The position numbers were made by a program, and so were the translations under genes. Shown here piece after piece: positions 28,501-42,100 of a DNA stretch of 64,000 nt (the first letter of the stretch is position 1; each line of letters opens with the position of its first letter). The notes under the pieces are model-generated. The model saw nothing but the letters and a program-made list of their open reading frames with translations. It was not told the origin of the DNA and made no database searches. This stretch comes from Vicugna vicugna (taxonomy: Eukaryota): contig MU058540.1 of assembly GCA_013265495.1 (NCBI GenBank), forward strand, positions 2,381,696 to 2,445,695, in the 5' to 3' direction.

Positions 28501-29003
28501 TTCATTCTTTTATGCAGATACCATGTCTCACCCACACACCCATATAAAACCCTCAGTTCATTATTTGAAGATCCATTTGATGAATATTTATTTGCCTTAT
28601 GTTAGTCAATAAACAGTGAAGGGGGACAAAAAGGTAAAAAACAGCAACAAAAAAACCCAGCTCTCCTTTCTCTTCTAGATCGTTTTACTTATGAGCTTTC
28701 ATTTTGACAGTTTGACTGCAGTGGTAGCAATTTGACACTGACATTCCACAAAAGCTCGTTCAAACACAATCTCAGTTATTTTTAAAAATTCTTCTTTAGT
28801 AATGTATTCTTAAAAAATACAGAATCAGTCCATCCATCCAGCCATGCATACACACACACAGGCTTGCACGTACACACACATGTATACGTGTAAAAGAGGA
28901 AAGGAGTAACGTATCCTAGCGCACATGCTCTGGTGGAGAATTCTTTGGGTAGGAAGGGTCAAATCTGTGTGTTTGCTGTTAATACGGCCTAAATTTTTGG
29001 TAA

Positions 29004-29231
<228 letters not shown>

Positions 29232-29817
29232 TAAGGGCAGGATTAACATCTAGCTTGAGAACTTAGATTTTAAAATCTTCCCTGAGTGAGCCACTAACCA
29301 GAAGCCATGGGGAGAAAAAATTAAAACTTGTAATTAGGATTTCTAATGCAGAATGAATATGTTCATCTGATGAAAACTGTCTGTTGTAGATGATGACACT
29401 CTGGACCTTTGAGATGCTTCTGTCTGGTCTGATTTAGTGCATAGCCCCTCATGCCTGCATAGAGCTTTGAGGTTCGCAGAATCTTTGCATTTACTTCATC
29501 TGTCTGAGATAAGTAGGGAATAGGGTGTCTTTACAGTTTTATAATTGATAGAACTGGGGCAAAGGGAGTTTGTATCTTACCTGTTTCTCCTTCAGACCTA
29601 GTTAAGGACACAGCCAGAAATGGAACTCAGGCCCAATCTTATATTCTTTCCATAAAATACAAATTTAGAATTCCAGTTAAATCCCCAAAACCAGGATTAT
29701 CTGTTGCTATAATGCATGGGAATGCTGTTTCTCTTGAGCATCTTCTCCAGAGAGCTTGTAGAGGAGGCCCTGAGTGATGAAAGGAATAAGAAAAAATGGT
29801 TCTTTTATATGTATCCA

Positions 29818-29889
29818 TGGAGGTACCGGGGATTGAACCCAGGACCACGTGTATTCTAAGCATGCTCTACCATTGAGCTGTACCTCCCC
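29818..29889 (-). mobile_element. tRNA-Ala-derived retroposon (Vic-1-like SINE head), tailless
   Basis: Minus strand GGGGAGGTACAGCTCAATGGTAGAGC...GGGTTCAATCCCCGGTACCTCCA with A and B boxes; flanking TTA(T/C)ATGTATCC repeats. Confidence 0.8.
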
Positions 29890-30087
29890 TCTTACATGTA
29901 TCCTTGAACATCTCTGTAATCACATGCTCCATTAGGGTATCACATACAAGCAATGAGGCAGTTATTTGAAGTAGCCCCTCGAACCACTAGCCCAGACAGG
30001 GAGGAAGGATCTTGAGCTTAGAAGTTAGGGTGCTTGCCAGCAAAGTGTATAAATGCTCACATCCTGCTTCTCCTTCCCAATTTCTAG

Positions 30088-30155
30088 GCCTGACCTATGA
30101 TGAAGTCATCAGCTTTGTGCCGCCACCCCTTGACCAAGAAGAGATGGAGTCTTGA
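30088..30155 (+). CDS. MAPK14: p38-alpha last coding exon 12
   Basis: ttctag|; (S)[24 protein letters not shown] at 30153-30155. Confidence 0.97.
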
Positions 30156-32495
30156 GTATCTGGTTTCTGTTCTGTTGGTCCCACTTCACTGTGAGGGGAA
30201 GGCCTTTTCATGGGAACTCTCCAAATATCATTCAAGTGCCCAAGTGCCTCTTGTTGCAAAGATTTCCTCCGTGGTGGAAGGGGTGTGTGCGTGTGTGGAT
30301 GCGTGTGTGTTCTTGTGTGTGCGTGTGTGTGTCTGACTTTGCAGGCGGGCAGGAGAACATGAGCAGACTGTGATCATGGTGACCGTACTTGGAGTCACAG
30401 GTCTCTGTGTGGCAGTCTGTGCTTGCTCTTTGTGTGAGTCGGCTGGGCAGGCAGGAGCTGCCATCGTGTTAGGGTTTGTTAAATGCAAAGTAAAAGCTAT
30501 TAAACATCCCAGACCCCAGTCATGCTTTGGCTGTTTTGGCCTCTCCTGTGGCCCCACCTTGAAGGTGGGGGTTAGTCTTGACCACACCCCGCAGTGGCAC
30601 AGGGAGAAGGCTCACCCTTTCTGGCTGCTTCACATCTGAAGCCGTCCCTCAGCGACGCATCAGCCAAAAAGGACCAACTGGCTTCTGTGCACTAGTCCAT
30701 GAGGAACCTGCTAAGCGTGACTCTCAGAACTCAACAGGTGTACCTGAAACTATAAATATGTTTGTGCCTTAAAAGAGAGAAGAAGGTGTGGTTAGTTAGG
30801 AGGGTACAGCAGATGAAGTTCTGAGGCAGGCAAGTTGTCAGTTGTCGGACGGCCACTTGTGAAGCCGAAGTCACCAGGGAGCCTTCGGAGGCACCGTGTG
30901 TGCATGTCTGAGCATGCGTATATGTGCTTCTCTCTCTTCCTCACGCCCCGACCCCCAGGTGTCATTGCCATTTCTCTGCTCACCCACTTCAGTGCAGAGG
31001 TTCCTTCAGTATTGGCCCCAGTAGTCGGAGGCTGGGTCTCGCTGTCCGTGTACTTCCTGTGTGCTCTTTATTCCCAGCAGAATGAGGATGTGTTTTGCAC
31101 GTCTTGCTATTTGAGCATGCACAGCTGCTTGTCCTGTTTCCTTCGGGAGGCCCTGGTGCCAGGCGAGTTTGCCAGTGGAGACTTCGTGGGTAGTTCAGGA
31201 CCCATGTCACCTCAGCGGATGTTGTGGGCAGGTGACGCCACCCTCTCTTCAGCCCCCAGTGCTATTTTGTGTTGAACACAATTGATACTCAAGGTGCTTT
31301 TGATGTGAAAACTATGAAGAAATTAAACAGATGGATGTATAGCATTTTCATTCTTGCCATCTGGTTTTCAACAAACTATTTTGGGGGAGCCGTCAACCAG
31401 AAAAGATCAGGGTTTTTCCCAGGAATATCTCAGACTTTGGAAAACAAGTTCTCTTCACGTCCAATAACCAATGCTAAGAAATACTGAAAATCAAAGTGAA
31501 AAATAAAAAGCTCATGAGGCCAGAAACTCCTTTTGCCATCTTTGTCTAAATATAGTTATTAAAAAGAAAAAAGAAGAAGAAGTAATGAGGTATTTTTTTC
31601 CACCCTTTGGAAAAGGGTCTTCTTGGCAGCTTAACATTGACTTCTTGGTCTTGGTTTGGGGAGAAATAAATTTCATTTCAGAATTTTGTATAATGCAGGA
31701 ATCGTATGAGAATATGATTCTTTTTGATGGGGAGAAAGGGCAAGTTATTTTAATATTTTGTATTTTCAACTTTATAAAGATGAAATATCCTCAGGGGTGG
31801 AGAAGAGTTGTTTTCATAATTTTCTGAATTTCAGGCATCTTGTGCTACATAAGGGCCCGTATAGTTAAACCTTTTGTGAAATAGAAAGCATAGAGCCACG
31901 TCCAGTGTTGGCTGTGTGTCCAAGTCTTGTATTTGGGCCAAGGTGTTTCCATTTCTCTGTCACAGTGCAGTGATAATGTGCACTCCAGAGGGACAGGGTA
32001 GGACCCCCAAGTCAACTGGAGCGAGAAGGAAGGAGGCAGCTGATGGTGATCACACCTCACCCAAGATTTGCCCCCTCTTTAAAGGAAACTGAACACAAAG
32101 GCCTCATCTCCTTTATATGCAGTTCACATCCTCATAATCCACAACAAGATGAATTTGATCAGCCATGTTTTGTTGTAAATGCTAGTGTGATTTCCTACAG
32201 AAATATTGCTCTGAATATTTTTTTCATAAAGGTCTTCTTTGCACATAAGACCATATACGTGTTAGGAGGCCGAATGCTCCAGGAGCCCGGACTCAGCTGG
32301 AGCCTGTGGAAGAGCTCCCTGGTTTCTGAGCTAATGCTCCCATCTCCTGATTTCTCTGAACAGAAAACAAGAGAGAGAATGAGGGAAAAATGCTATTTTA
32401 TTTGTATTCATGAACTTGGCTGTAATCAGTTATGCCATATAGGATGTCATACAATACCACTGGGTAAAATAAAGCCTATTTTTCAAAGTATTGAG
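30156..32495 (+). other. MAPK14: MAPK14 3'UTR (end approximate)
   Basis: Stretch after the stop with no obvious interspersed repeats, ending at AATAAA followed by a U/GU-rich tract; TG-rich microsatellite at ~30283-30332. Confidence 0.75.
32468..32473 (+). terminator. Likely main MAPK14 polyadenylation signal
   Basis: AATAAA with downstream T/GT-rich element (~32504-32535); further AATAAA at 31502 and 31665 could be proximal sites. Confidence 0.75.
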
Positions 32496-35400
32496 TTTCT
32501 CAAATTTGTTATATTTTTCTCTTTATTGTTTTTATCTACTGCACAATATGGCATTATACTAATGGTCTTTGCGCTGTGGCCTGGCATACATTTCTGACAG
32601 ATCTTAATATTACTCCTAAAATTTGGAAAACATTTGTAGAGCCCCTTAGTTGTACACTTTATGGTGGGGCAGAAATAGTTTGCCAACCCCTGGCCTTGGA
32701 TTTCAATTTACTCATCTGAAAAATGAAGTTTGTTTAAATATATGTGCGTCCTTTTCAGCTTTGACATTCTAAGACTATGTGTAGAAAGTTACACTTTTAT
32801 GTTAAAATTGTGGAGACAAGGTTGGATTGTGTATGTGGTTTATAGACCTCTGAGCAAACATATCTGGTGACTCTTATCATATGACCCTTGCAATCGTCTT
32901 CAAAACTACTGCATTGCATCACAAGGTTAAAGAGCCACAAGGTCTCACGGTTGTTTGTGGGGCCAGTGTTGGTGTCCTTCCTTTCTCCGTGGCCCAGGCA
33001 TGCTGACAGTTGTCTGGGGATGGTGAGGCCCCGCCTGTGGGTATAGGGAGTGTGCGGCAGGGGTTTTCATCCTGTGTTGTCTGGTCTCTGGCTGGCAGCT
33101 GGGAGTGATGGCAGGGATAGGGGCAAACCAAGCACAGGCTCTTCATCCTGTCCTCAGTGACTTCCTAAGGGGATGAGCGAAAAGGGAGCCAGTCATGTGT
33201 GTACATCAGCCCCTGTCGGGATCAGACAATTGTAGGAGATAGTTTGCCTCCACATACCAGAGTCAGCGCCATGATGCAACCTTCCACCTGGCTTCAGAGA
33301 GCAGAGGGCCTGCTCAGCTCAAGGAGAGAGCTGACACCAGGAAAAGCTCACCTGAAGTGAATCCACTTAAAATGGGGACCAGAATTTGATTGGGTGTGTT
33401 GGGGATTTGGGGAGAGAGGAAGTCTGATGGGGACTTTCATCATGAAAACTGAATGAAATTATAAAAGCTTATTCATAATTTCAATATATTCTTATAATGA
33501 ACAAAGAAAACATCACGTTTGCCTTTTGAGTGAAACCATGTTTAGTATCCTATGGTATCCTTACTGTTTGATTTTTGCAGTATAGTCTAGAGGGAATTTT
33601 TGCAGAAATATTTGAGATCTTCCTCAGTTTCTTTATGGACCTCAGCCTTTTGATATTCACATTGTTCTTTTTTATAAGTATCTCTTGGTGACCACCTTAT
33701 CACGTCTCCCTTTATTGTTAACGTCTGAGTCTGCCAGGTCCACATTTTTCAGTGTGTTTGCTTGAGATTTGAGCAGTTTTTTATAGCATTATTTGTCAAG
33801 TTTGAGATCCACTGTCTTGCAAGATTTGCAATTAATCTGCATTATATGTGTGTCATTTGTCATATGTTTACAATATAATCAATTAGAGACTAACAGAAGC
33901 CTAGAATGAGTAGGACAGACACTCTGGGTTCAGATACTTACGAAGCAAGGAGGGGCTACTTTTATAAGTAGTCTGTCCATTAATGAAGGTTTCCACGTGA
34001 TGACTTTCACTTCTCAATGCAGTCTCATGGCGACAGGACTTGGCTAATGAACATGCAAATAATGAAGACCTTTTAATTTATAGTTCAGGTATGTTTTAAT
34101 ATACATACGCTTTGAACTTAGCATCTATACTTCTCAGAACTTAGAGGCCTCACAAGTACACAACGAAAAAGTAAGACTATTCAGTATCGTTCTTTGTAAT
34201 AGCAAAACATTGGAATTAGCCCATGTATGTGTCAACAAGGACTTGATTGAATAAGGTGGCCAACTCTTAGCAACCATCTCTGGGTAGTGATAGATTATAG
34301 GAGGCTCTGACTTTTTGTGTAATTTCTGATAGATCTCCTCTTTTTTTAAAAACGCTGAACAATTTATTTTGCATCATTTCCCTAAGGACTTGCTGGCTGC
34401 TGCTGGCCAAGGAAGAGGGGTCAAAAGGGCACCAAAGTCCAAATCAGCCTCCACTGGGCACTTGGTGCCTTGTCTCACTCAGCGCACACTGGGCCTCTTG
34501 CCCAGGTCCCAGCATCCCCCCATCCCCCGCTTCCTTATCATGTGGGGTAGAAATGCACCTCCAGGCCTCTGGAGAGAAGCGGGCTGATGAGGAGCTGCGG
34601 CAGCCACCTTTTCTCCCTTCAGTGCTTCCCTCCGCAGCTTCACGTCCCTTCCTCTCCCTCTCCATGGCTCGGCTCTAAATGCACCGTGTCTCCCCGTGCT
34701 CTTGCTTTCTCACTCTCCTGGTCTTTGTGCGTGACATTCCCTCTGCCTAGGATGCCCTGCCTCTCCTTCCCCACTCCTCTGGGCTAAGTTCCAGTGTCAC
34801 TCTGTAAACCCTCCCCGAGCATCCCCAAGCTTGCTTTAGGTACGCCTCCTGTGTGCTGCTTTTACTCGCTGGCGTTGACCAGAGGCAGCACCTATCACAT
34901 TGCTTTGTCATTGCCTGGTGTTTGTTATCACCTGCTCAAGAGAAAAAAAACATGAAGACTAAGAATGCAGGCTCAGGAACCAATCTGAGTCAAATCCTAG
35001 CCTATCTCCTAGTGATACAATCTTGGGCAAATTATCTCTCTGAACTTACCTCACAGGGTCATTGTGAGAATTAAATGAGTCAACGTATGTAAAGCCTGTG
35101 GCCTACAGAAAATGCTCGATAAGTGTTAGCTCAGGGCTGTACGTCCTTGAAGGCACAGACTGTCTTGTGCACTATCCTGTCCCCATCACCTAGCATGGTA
35201 CCTACCTGGCACACGTGCATCCAACCTTTATTGACTGAGTCAGTGAGTGACTATCATCTTTTAATCACTGGCAGATCATCTTGTCCTCTGCTTCCTGTTT
35301 TTACAGTTGACAATCTTTAGAAGCAAAGACCATCTAAAGAAAGAAAGTAACCAAATATGTACAGGTTATCCACCCTGTAGAATAAGGTGTTGTATGAAAG

Positions 35401-37009
35401 TTCCCAGTTTAAGAAGAGACAAGTGTTAAGAGGTTGAATCTCTTGGCTCCATCTTGGTGTGTGATTCAAGTTGGATGCACAGCAATTTAACGAATTGAAA
35501 CGAGTCAAAAGATTACCGATGGTGGCTGATGGCCATGATCCAGATAGTTCCTGCTGCTCCCCCATCCATCTGCCATTTCAAAGTGGAACGATCAGGGAAA
35601 ACAGAGGTGAACTGAAAGTCACTAGGGTATCTTGCAGCCTCATTCAGCTGTTCCACATATAGCTATTGGGTAATTTCTATGTGTCAGACACCAGGAACGT
35701 GGGAAAAAAACATAGAAGATCCCTGCCCTCTTGGAGTTGATGTTCTAATGGGGGGAGACAGTTGTAAACGGTGACTGCTGTTTCCCTGGCACTGTAGAGC
35801 AGAACCTCACCAAACGGTGCTGGTGGCCGTTTCACATGCACCCATGAGTCACCTCCCTGGTGCCTGGCAGACAGGGAGTGGGATTTTTTGTGGGAGTCCT
35901 GGGCCTGTGTGTCCTCCCAGGTGTTACCTTGACCCGATCAGCTGGCTCCACTTGCAGGGCTGCCGACTAGCCGTCTGTTTCTGGTTGTAAGGTGTGAAAT
36001 CATCGTCTGCCGCCACTACACAAAGGCTTGTTCCTGCCCCATCACTGCTCAGGCATGACACAGCTGATGGTCTGAGCCCTAGACGGAAGGGTCACACCCA
36101 CAGCTCTGCCAGGTGACAGGCAGTGACTGTTTGATAATGGCTGCTGACAAAGTGCTTGTGGTGGGGAGTGTCCCCAACAGGAGGCTGTTCTGCCCCCAAC
36201 AAGCCTCATCCTGATCCCTAGTCAGGAAACATCCCCGCCCCTCCCAGCCTCTCCCCAGCCTCGGCTGGAGGCAGGTGCCCACTCCGGGTATTTCTGTAAC
36301 TTGCACCAAGATTACTGGGGTCAAAGCAATTACTACATTCCTTTTTCTAACTACATATTACTCTTCTTTTATGATACAAATAAAATGTGTTTATTGTTGA
36401 AAAAAATGTCTAATGTAGGTAGGTAACACCCACTGTCCACTACCTGGAAATAATAGCTCTTGACAGGTTGGTTTAACTCCTAGAAAATTTCCTAAATCTG
36501 TAAAAATGCATAACTTTTATAAAAGCAGATGCTTATTATTCAGTCATCTGTGTCAATAAATGGTGTTGAAACAACTGGACATCTGTTTTTCACTTGTAGC
36601 CAAAGTCCTTTCCAGACAAATCAATGGTTTAAATGGAAAAGGGCACTTGAAGCATGTTGCAAGCCTGGAAACCGTAACGGAAAGGCTGATGAATTTGACT
36701 ACACAAAAATGATAAAGCTTTCTTTACTGGCAGCAGTTTGGCAGGATTTAGTAAGGGTGGAAGCTACATACCCCTATGACCTTGCATTCTCCTAGGTTAA
36801 TTATTCTAGAGAAATTTTCCTAGATGGGCTTAAGGAAACGAATACGGGGACTTTTCACTCAGCATTATTTGTAATAGCAGAAGAAGGAAAAAAAAACTGG
36901 GACAAACCTCAAAGTCCATTATTAGGAGAATAGGAAGATAAATTGTAGTGCATTCATATGATGAAATAGTACATAGCAGGGAGAACAAATGAAGTAGAAT
37001 GACTTTGCC

Positions 37010-37232
37010 TCCCCCCAGATTTTGTCTGTGTCCCAGGGACATTTGGCAGGGTCTGGAGACATTCTTGGTTCTCACACCTGGAGAGGGGGCAGTGAGCAAC
37101 TGGCCCCTAGTGGGTAGAGGCCGGGGACACTGCTGTGATGCACTGGACAGCCTGGCATCCCCCTCCCCACATAGCAAAGAATTATCAGGCCCCAAATGTG
37201 AATGTCACTGGTGCTCAGACTGAGAAACCTGC
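37010..37232. mobile_element. MER20 hAT DNA transposon, adjacent to an old L1 remnant (~36540-37000)
   Basis: cccagggacatttggca..gtctggagacatt...gtgggtagaggcc...aaagaattatc...ccaaatgt...tgagaaacctg. Confidence 0.8.
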
Positions 37233-37796
37233 GCTAGATTAAATCAACACAGGCAGATCTCATCAACAATCTTGAGTGACAAAGGAAACCGCAGAATTAC
37301 CTAGTTTGACATTTCTACAGATACATGCATATGTAGCACAAGTAAAAAGCGCATGTGGGAATAATAGGCACCGATTTCCCAAATCTGGAATTCAGGCATT
37401 TTCTTTTTTCTTATACTTATTTCTCATGATGTTGGAACTGCCTCTTTACTGATACAAAAGATAAACAATACGGTGACAGTGTGTCCCCCTGTGGCTGTTT
37501 TATGTAGTCTAAATCCACAGCTATGGAATTATCAGGAGAAATGAGGGGCACATTTTCACCGTTTTGATAACAAATTCCCAAACAGTTCTCCTAAAAGCCC
37601 GTACCAACTTACGCTCCTAGCTGCAGGTGACAGTATGTTGTGATTTCTTTGTTTGCTCTGCCTCCCTCACTAGGGCATGAGCTTCCTGGGGACATAGGGT
37701 ATGAGACATGACATCTGTCCTTGTATCTTCAGTGTCTTGATAGGTGCTCAGCAAAATTTGGTTGAATGGATTAAGGCTTTACAACACGTTGCTGAG

Positions 37797-37972
37797 GTAT
37801 GGAGGACAGAGAAAGAAGGCACTCATCCCTCAAGAAACCTACAGTTAGTTTAGTTTTGTTAGAAAGTTAACTGCTGAGCTATGAATATGGAACAGAGAGA
37901 AAGAAGGCACTCATCCCTCAAGAAACCTACAGTTAGTTTAGTTTTGTTAGAAAGTTAACTGCTGAGCTATGA
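37797..37972. repeat. Tandem duplication, period 88 bp
   Basis: 37808-37884 is identical to 37896-37972 (77 bp). Confidence 0.95.
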
Positions 37973-38934
37973 TCCTGCAGGACTCAAAGGACGGAGAGGG
38001 CAATTGGGGTGGAGCAGCCTGGCAAAGCCGATCCCAGGAAGTGCTACTGAGCCAGGTCTTGAGGCATGAGAGTCCTCCCCATCCTTGGCAAAGCACAGGA
38101 ATGGCATTCCAGATGGGCAACAGCTCAAAGGTGTGGTGACAGGGGTGAGTAAGGCATGTTTGCGAGATGGTTAGAATGGAGGTCGTTTGTGCATAGACTC
38201 CGTGGAGGATCTGATTAACAAGAAAAGCAAGCCTTGTCCAACAGGCTGAGAAGTTTAAACTTTACCCCCCAGGCAGCCGGGAGCGAACAGGCGAGGAGGC
38301 AAGGCTGTGCTAACCAGGAAGATTAATCACTGCTGGTTCGCCCGTCACAGCTGTTCAGTGCCGCTCTCAAAGTGCCAAGCTGGTGTGCCCTCTCCAGGGA
38401 ACCGTGGCTAAATCCCAGCCCCCTGCAGGTTAGGAAGGGCGGAAGGGTGGTGTCAGGGAAGGCGGCAGGGCCTGTGAGGCAGGGTGAAGGGGACTAGCTG
38501 GTGGTTTGTACCCAAGGAGCCCTTACTTCTCCCTGTGCCGCACCTTGGCTCCAGAGGCGTGCTGGAGCCTGCACGTGGTGGCTCTTGGGAGCTGATTTTG
38601 TGCACCTCTTCTCAACTCCGTGTTCAGTGACATCAGATTGGTAGCATGAACTTGGCAACGGTGAGGGTATTTATGCCACACAGATCGACAAACTATGCAT
38701 CGGGTCTTCTATCCCCCAGCCCTGTTTTCTGGCACACTACTGGCTGTTTTCTTCTGGAAGTAAGGGGAAATCAGTTACTCAATTTGGAGAAGAGCAGGAG
38801 GGGAGATTCTTGTTTAGGGAAGCTAACTGGAACCTTTAAGAAAATGAGTGTATGCCAAATAATGGAGCCACCATCTGAAGTAAACCCAGATTCCTAACAG
38901 GCAAAGACTGGCCCTTCACAGGCACCATTCAGTG

Positions 38935-39190
38935 CAGCTGAGCATAGTGATTACCAACACTGACTCTGCAGCGAGACTCCTGGGCTTGAATCCTGGCTCT
39001 GCTATTTATTTACTAGCTGCGTGACCTTGGGCAAGTCACTTCACCTCTCTGTGACTCATGTTTGTCCTATGTAAAATGAAGGATATTATTAGCCCATCTC
39101 AAACGGTTCTTGAGAGGATTAAATGAGTTACATGTACTTAAGCTCTTAGAACAATTTTTGACAAGTAACTAGTGTTCTGTCAATAGTTGT
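38935..39190 (+). mobile_element. MIR SINE
   Basis: ttgaatcctggctctgc...tactagctgcgtgaccttgggcaagtcacttcacctctctgtg...gaggattaaatgag. Confidence 0.8.
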
Positions 39191-42100
39191 TAAACATGTA
39201 AAATAGAAAACTGAAGTACGCAGGGAGGCAATGTGACTTCAGGTCACCCAGGGAGTTGAGGCAGAGTGGGACTCAGAGCCCACACCTCTGCCATGGCAGG
39301 TAGCCCCACTAGTCTTGTCTGGATTTCTTTGACCTGACAAAGGTCATGGGACTCCTGGGTTTGATCCATTTGTCTTGGTGTTGGCTGTGTACATAGGAGG
39401 CTGACCCAGTGGCCTCTGGCCTGGAACGGCTGGTTGTTGAGGTGTCCTCCAGGTACAGAGCTGCCTCTGCCTGGGGCAGGTCACTCAGGAGCCCAGGCAG
39501 CACAGTGACCCTATTACCAAGGTTTGGCAGGTCATTTGAGCCAGCACTGCCCCAGGCATGAAGGTGACTTCCACCAAACTATCAGTTGCAAACAAACAAG
39601 ACAGAGACGTACGGTAATAATAGTAGCTCCTGTTTATAAAGCCCCTACTACGTACCTGCCATTCGATCAGTCACTGGATGCCAGGCACTGCTCTAGGAAC
39701 TTGGGATTCAGCAACGAACAAAATAGACAAAATGCCTACCTTTGTAGAGCTGACATTTGTAAGTGTATATATAAGATACACAATGGCTTGAAGGAAAATG
39801 AGGCCGGGAAAGACAGGTGGGGCCGGGCTTGTGATGGGTCAGGGAGGACTCTCAGAGGAGGTGATGTGTGGCAGTCCTGAAGGGCAGGAAGGAGCACCAT
39901 GCACAAGGCCTGCAACCTTGCTTCCACAGTCTCATTGCCAGGTGGGTGTTGCTGTCCTATCGTACTGATTAGGAAGCTCAGAGACATGCAGTCACCTGTG
40001 CAAGGTCACACAGCTGTAAGCTTTGGTGTGAGAGTCAAACCCAGTTCTGCCTCGCAGTCCTCAGCTACTCTTCTCTGGCTCACCAAAGTACTAGTCCTTC
40101 CAAGAACGTGGATGTCACAAAGCCTGGGGGCGTGTGGCTGCAGGCAGCCAAGATCTTGGGTCGGGAGGGTGTATACAGTGTTCCTGAGGGGAGCAGGTCT
40201 GCAGTTCCCTCAGGAACACCTCCCTGAAGAGGTGAGTTTGGAGCTGAACTTTAAAGACCAGGAAGAAAGGGCAATTCCAAAGTGTGGAGCGTCTGGCTTA
40301 TCCAGAACCTCAGTGGGAGCAGTGAGACAGGGAGGGGCCTGTTTGTAATGAAGTTTGGTGCAACCTCTTGGCGAGAAAAAAGTTCCCCAAATTCTGGTTG
40401 TGCACCCTGGTTCTTAACCAAGAGCCTTTTACCACCACACACAGGTCCAGCCTTGCACACACAGCATAACACCCATGGGTCTTGCCTCAGGGAACAGGGA
40501 GAGAAAGTGGAAGCCACACCTCCAGGCCAGATGGTGCCCACCTGACAGAGACCACACAACCCAGACACCTCCCAGGAGGCTGGTTCCAAGCGTATTCCCC
40601 CACTGTTATTCCTGTACTTCCACCATTTGTGTCTTCAAACCACATCCCCTCACTGTCCCTTGTACCCACAAGAGACACAAAAATCTTTGGTCACACTAAA
40701 TATTTACTGAGCACCCAGTGTGAGCCAGAATAGTGCCAGGGGCTCAGCAGTGACCAAGGTACCATCCTTGCCCTCACGGAGCTGGTTTCTCCATTGGTGG
40801 AGATGGGCATCTTACAGAGGGCAACACAGACTAGTTAAAAGCGTGCTGATTGCTACAAAAGACCGTGCAGAGATCAAAGGGGGGCAGAGGCCTCAACATC
40901 GCTGGAATATTCCACCAGACGGATCCCTGGCCACATCTTCACAGGGTTGGGTCAAGGACAGAGGGCCTGTCCTGCAGGCTGGTTGAAGGAGGTGGGTCTT
41001 GAGGAGGAGTAGCGGGGGTGTGAAGGACGGGGTGGTGTAGGATGTGAGGAAGGGGGGGTCTACTTCCTGGGTCCCATGAAGGCTGGCTGGGAGGTACTGC
41101 TCTAGCAGAGCTGTCTCTACCCCTGTCCTCCACCAGGGTGCTAACTCTGAGGGCAGGCAGGGAGGACTCGGTCAAGGTGAAGGGCAGGGAGGCTGAGGGA
41201 ACAGCTGAAGGGTGAAGGGCGCCTGATAACTCTGCTCTTGGGATGGATGTTCTGTTCAGGCCCTGAGTCCCCTGGAAGAGGAAGGTGTTCTGCGGAAAAA
41301 TGGACCCAGTAAGCCTGAGGCCAGTAAGCTGCCCCAGGTGTTCTGAGCTGGAGGACTTAGCAGAGACTGTTGGAGTTGGGGGGAGGGGGTGGCACGGGAG
41401 GAATGAGAGTGGAAGGCAGGTCAGACGTGGGAACAGAGTGGACAAGTTTGGAAGGCAGACACCTGCTCGTCCCCCAGAGTTCCCTTGCCCTGAATTCAGA
41501 TGCTCCAGTGTCGCCTCCTCAGACAGACCTTCCCTGCCTCCCTGCTACGCCAGCCCCATCTAAAACCGTGCTCACAGTCCTTCTTTATATCCTTACTCAG
41601 CAGTATTTTCTCCATAGCACTTAACGCTACCTGACATTACCTTTGGTTGAATCATATAAAGTTGTCAAATGTCAGCAATTTCAGATGATTCAACCCAATA
41701 CTATGTTTGTTCACTGGTCTTTCATCTGCCTCCTCCACTAGAATGTCAGCTCCACCCAGCAGGGACTTTTATCTGTTGCATTTCTGCTACATCTTCGGCA
41801 CCTAAATCAGTCCCTGGCGCACAGCAAATGTTGAATAAATGGGTGGATGAATGCTTGGGCTGGGAATTTGGCAAAAACTCGATAAAGGAGTTTGATGTGA
41901 GTTGGAGTCGACTAAGGGGCTCCTGCTGTGGCAGGGACTGAACAGCAAAAAGGCTGGGGCTGAGGGCAGAGCAGCCAGGATACCCGGGCCTGGGGGGCAA
42001 AGCTGGACAGCACTGAGGAAGGAGCTTGGGGGAACACCTACTATGTGCCAGGCCCTGAATCTCAGACACTTCTCCTGTCATCTCTTTTAGTCCTCATGAC

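Noticed and set aside
30097..32597. ORFs up to 184 aa in the MAPK14 3'UTR
   Set aside because: No recognisable domain; composition reflects TG/T-rich UTR sequence.
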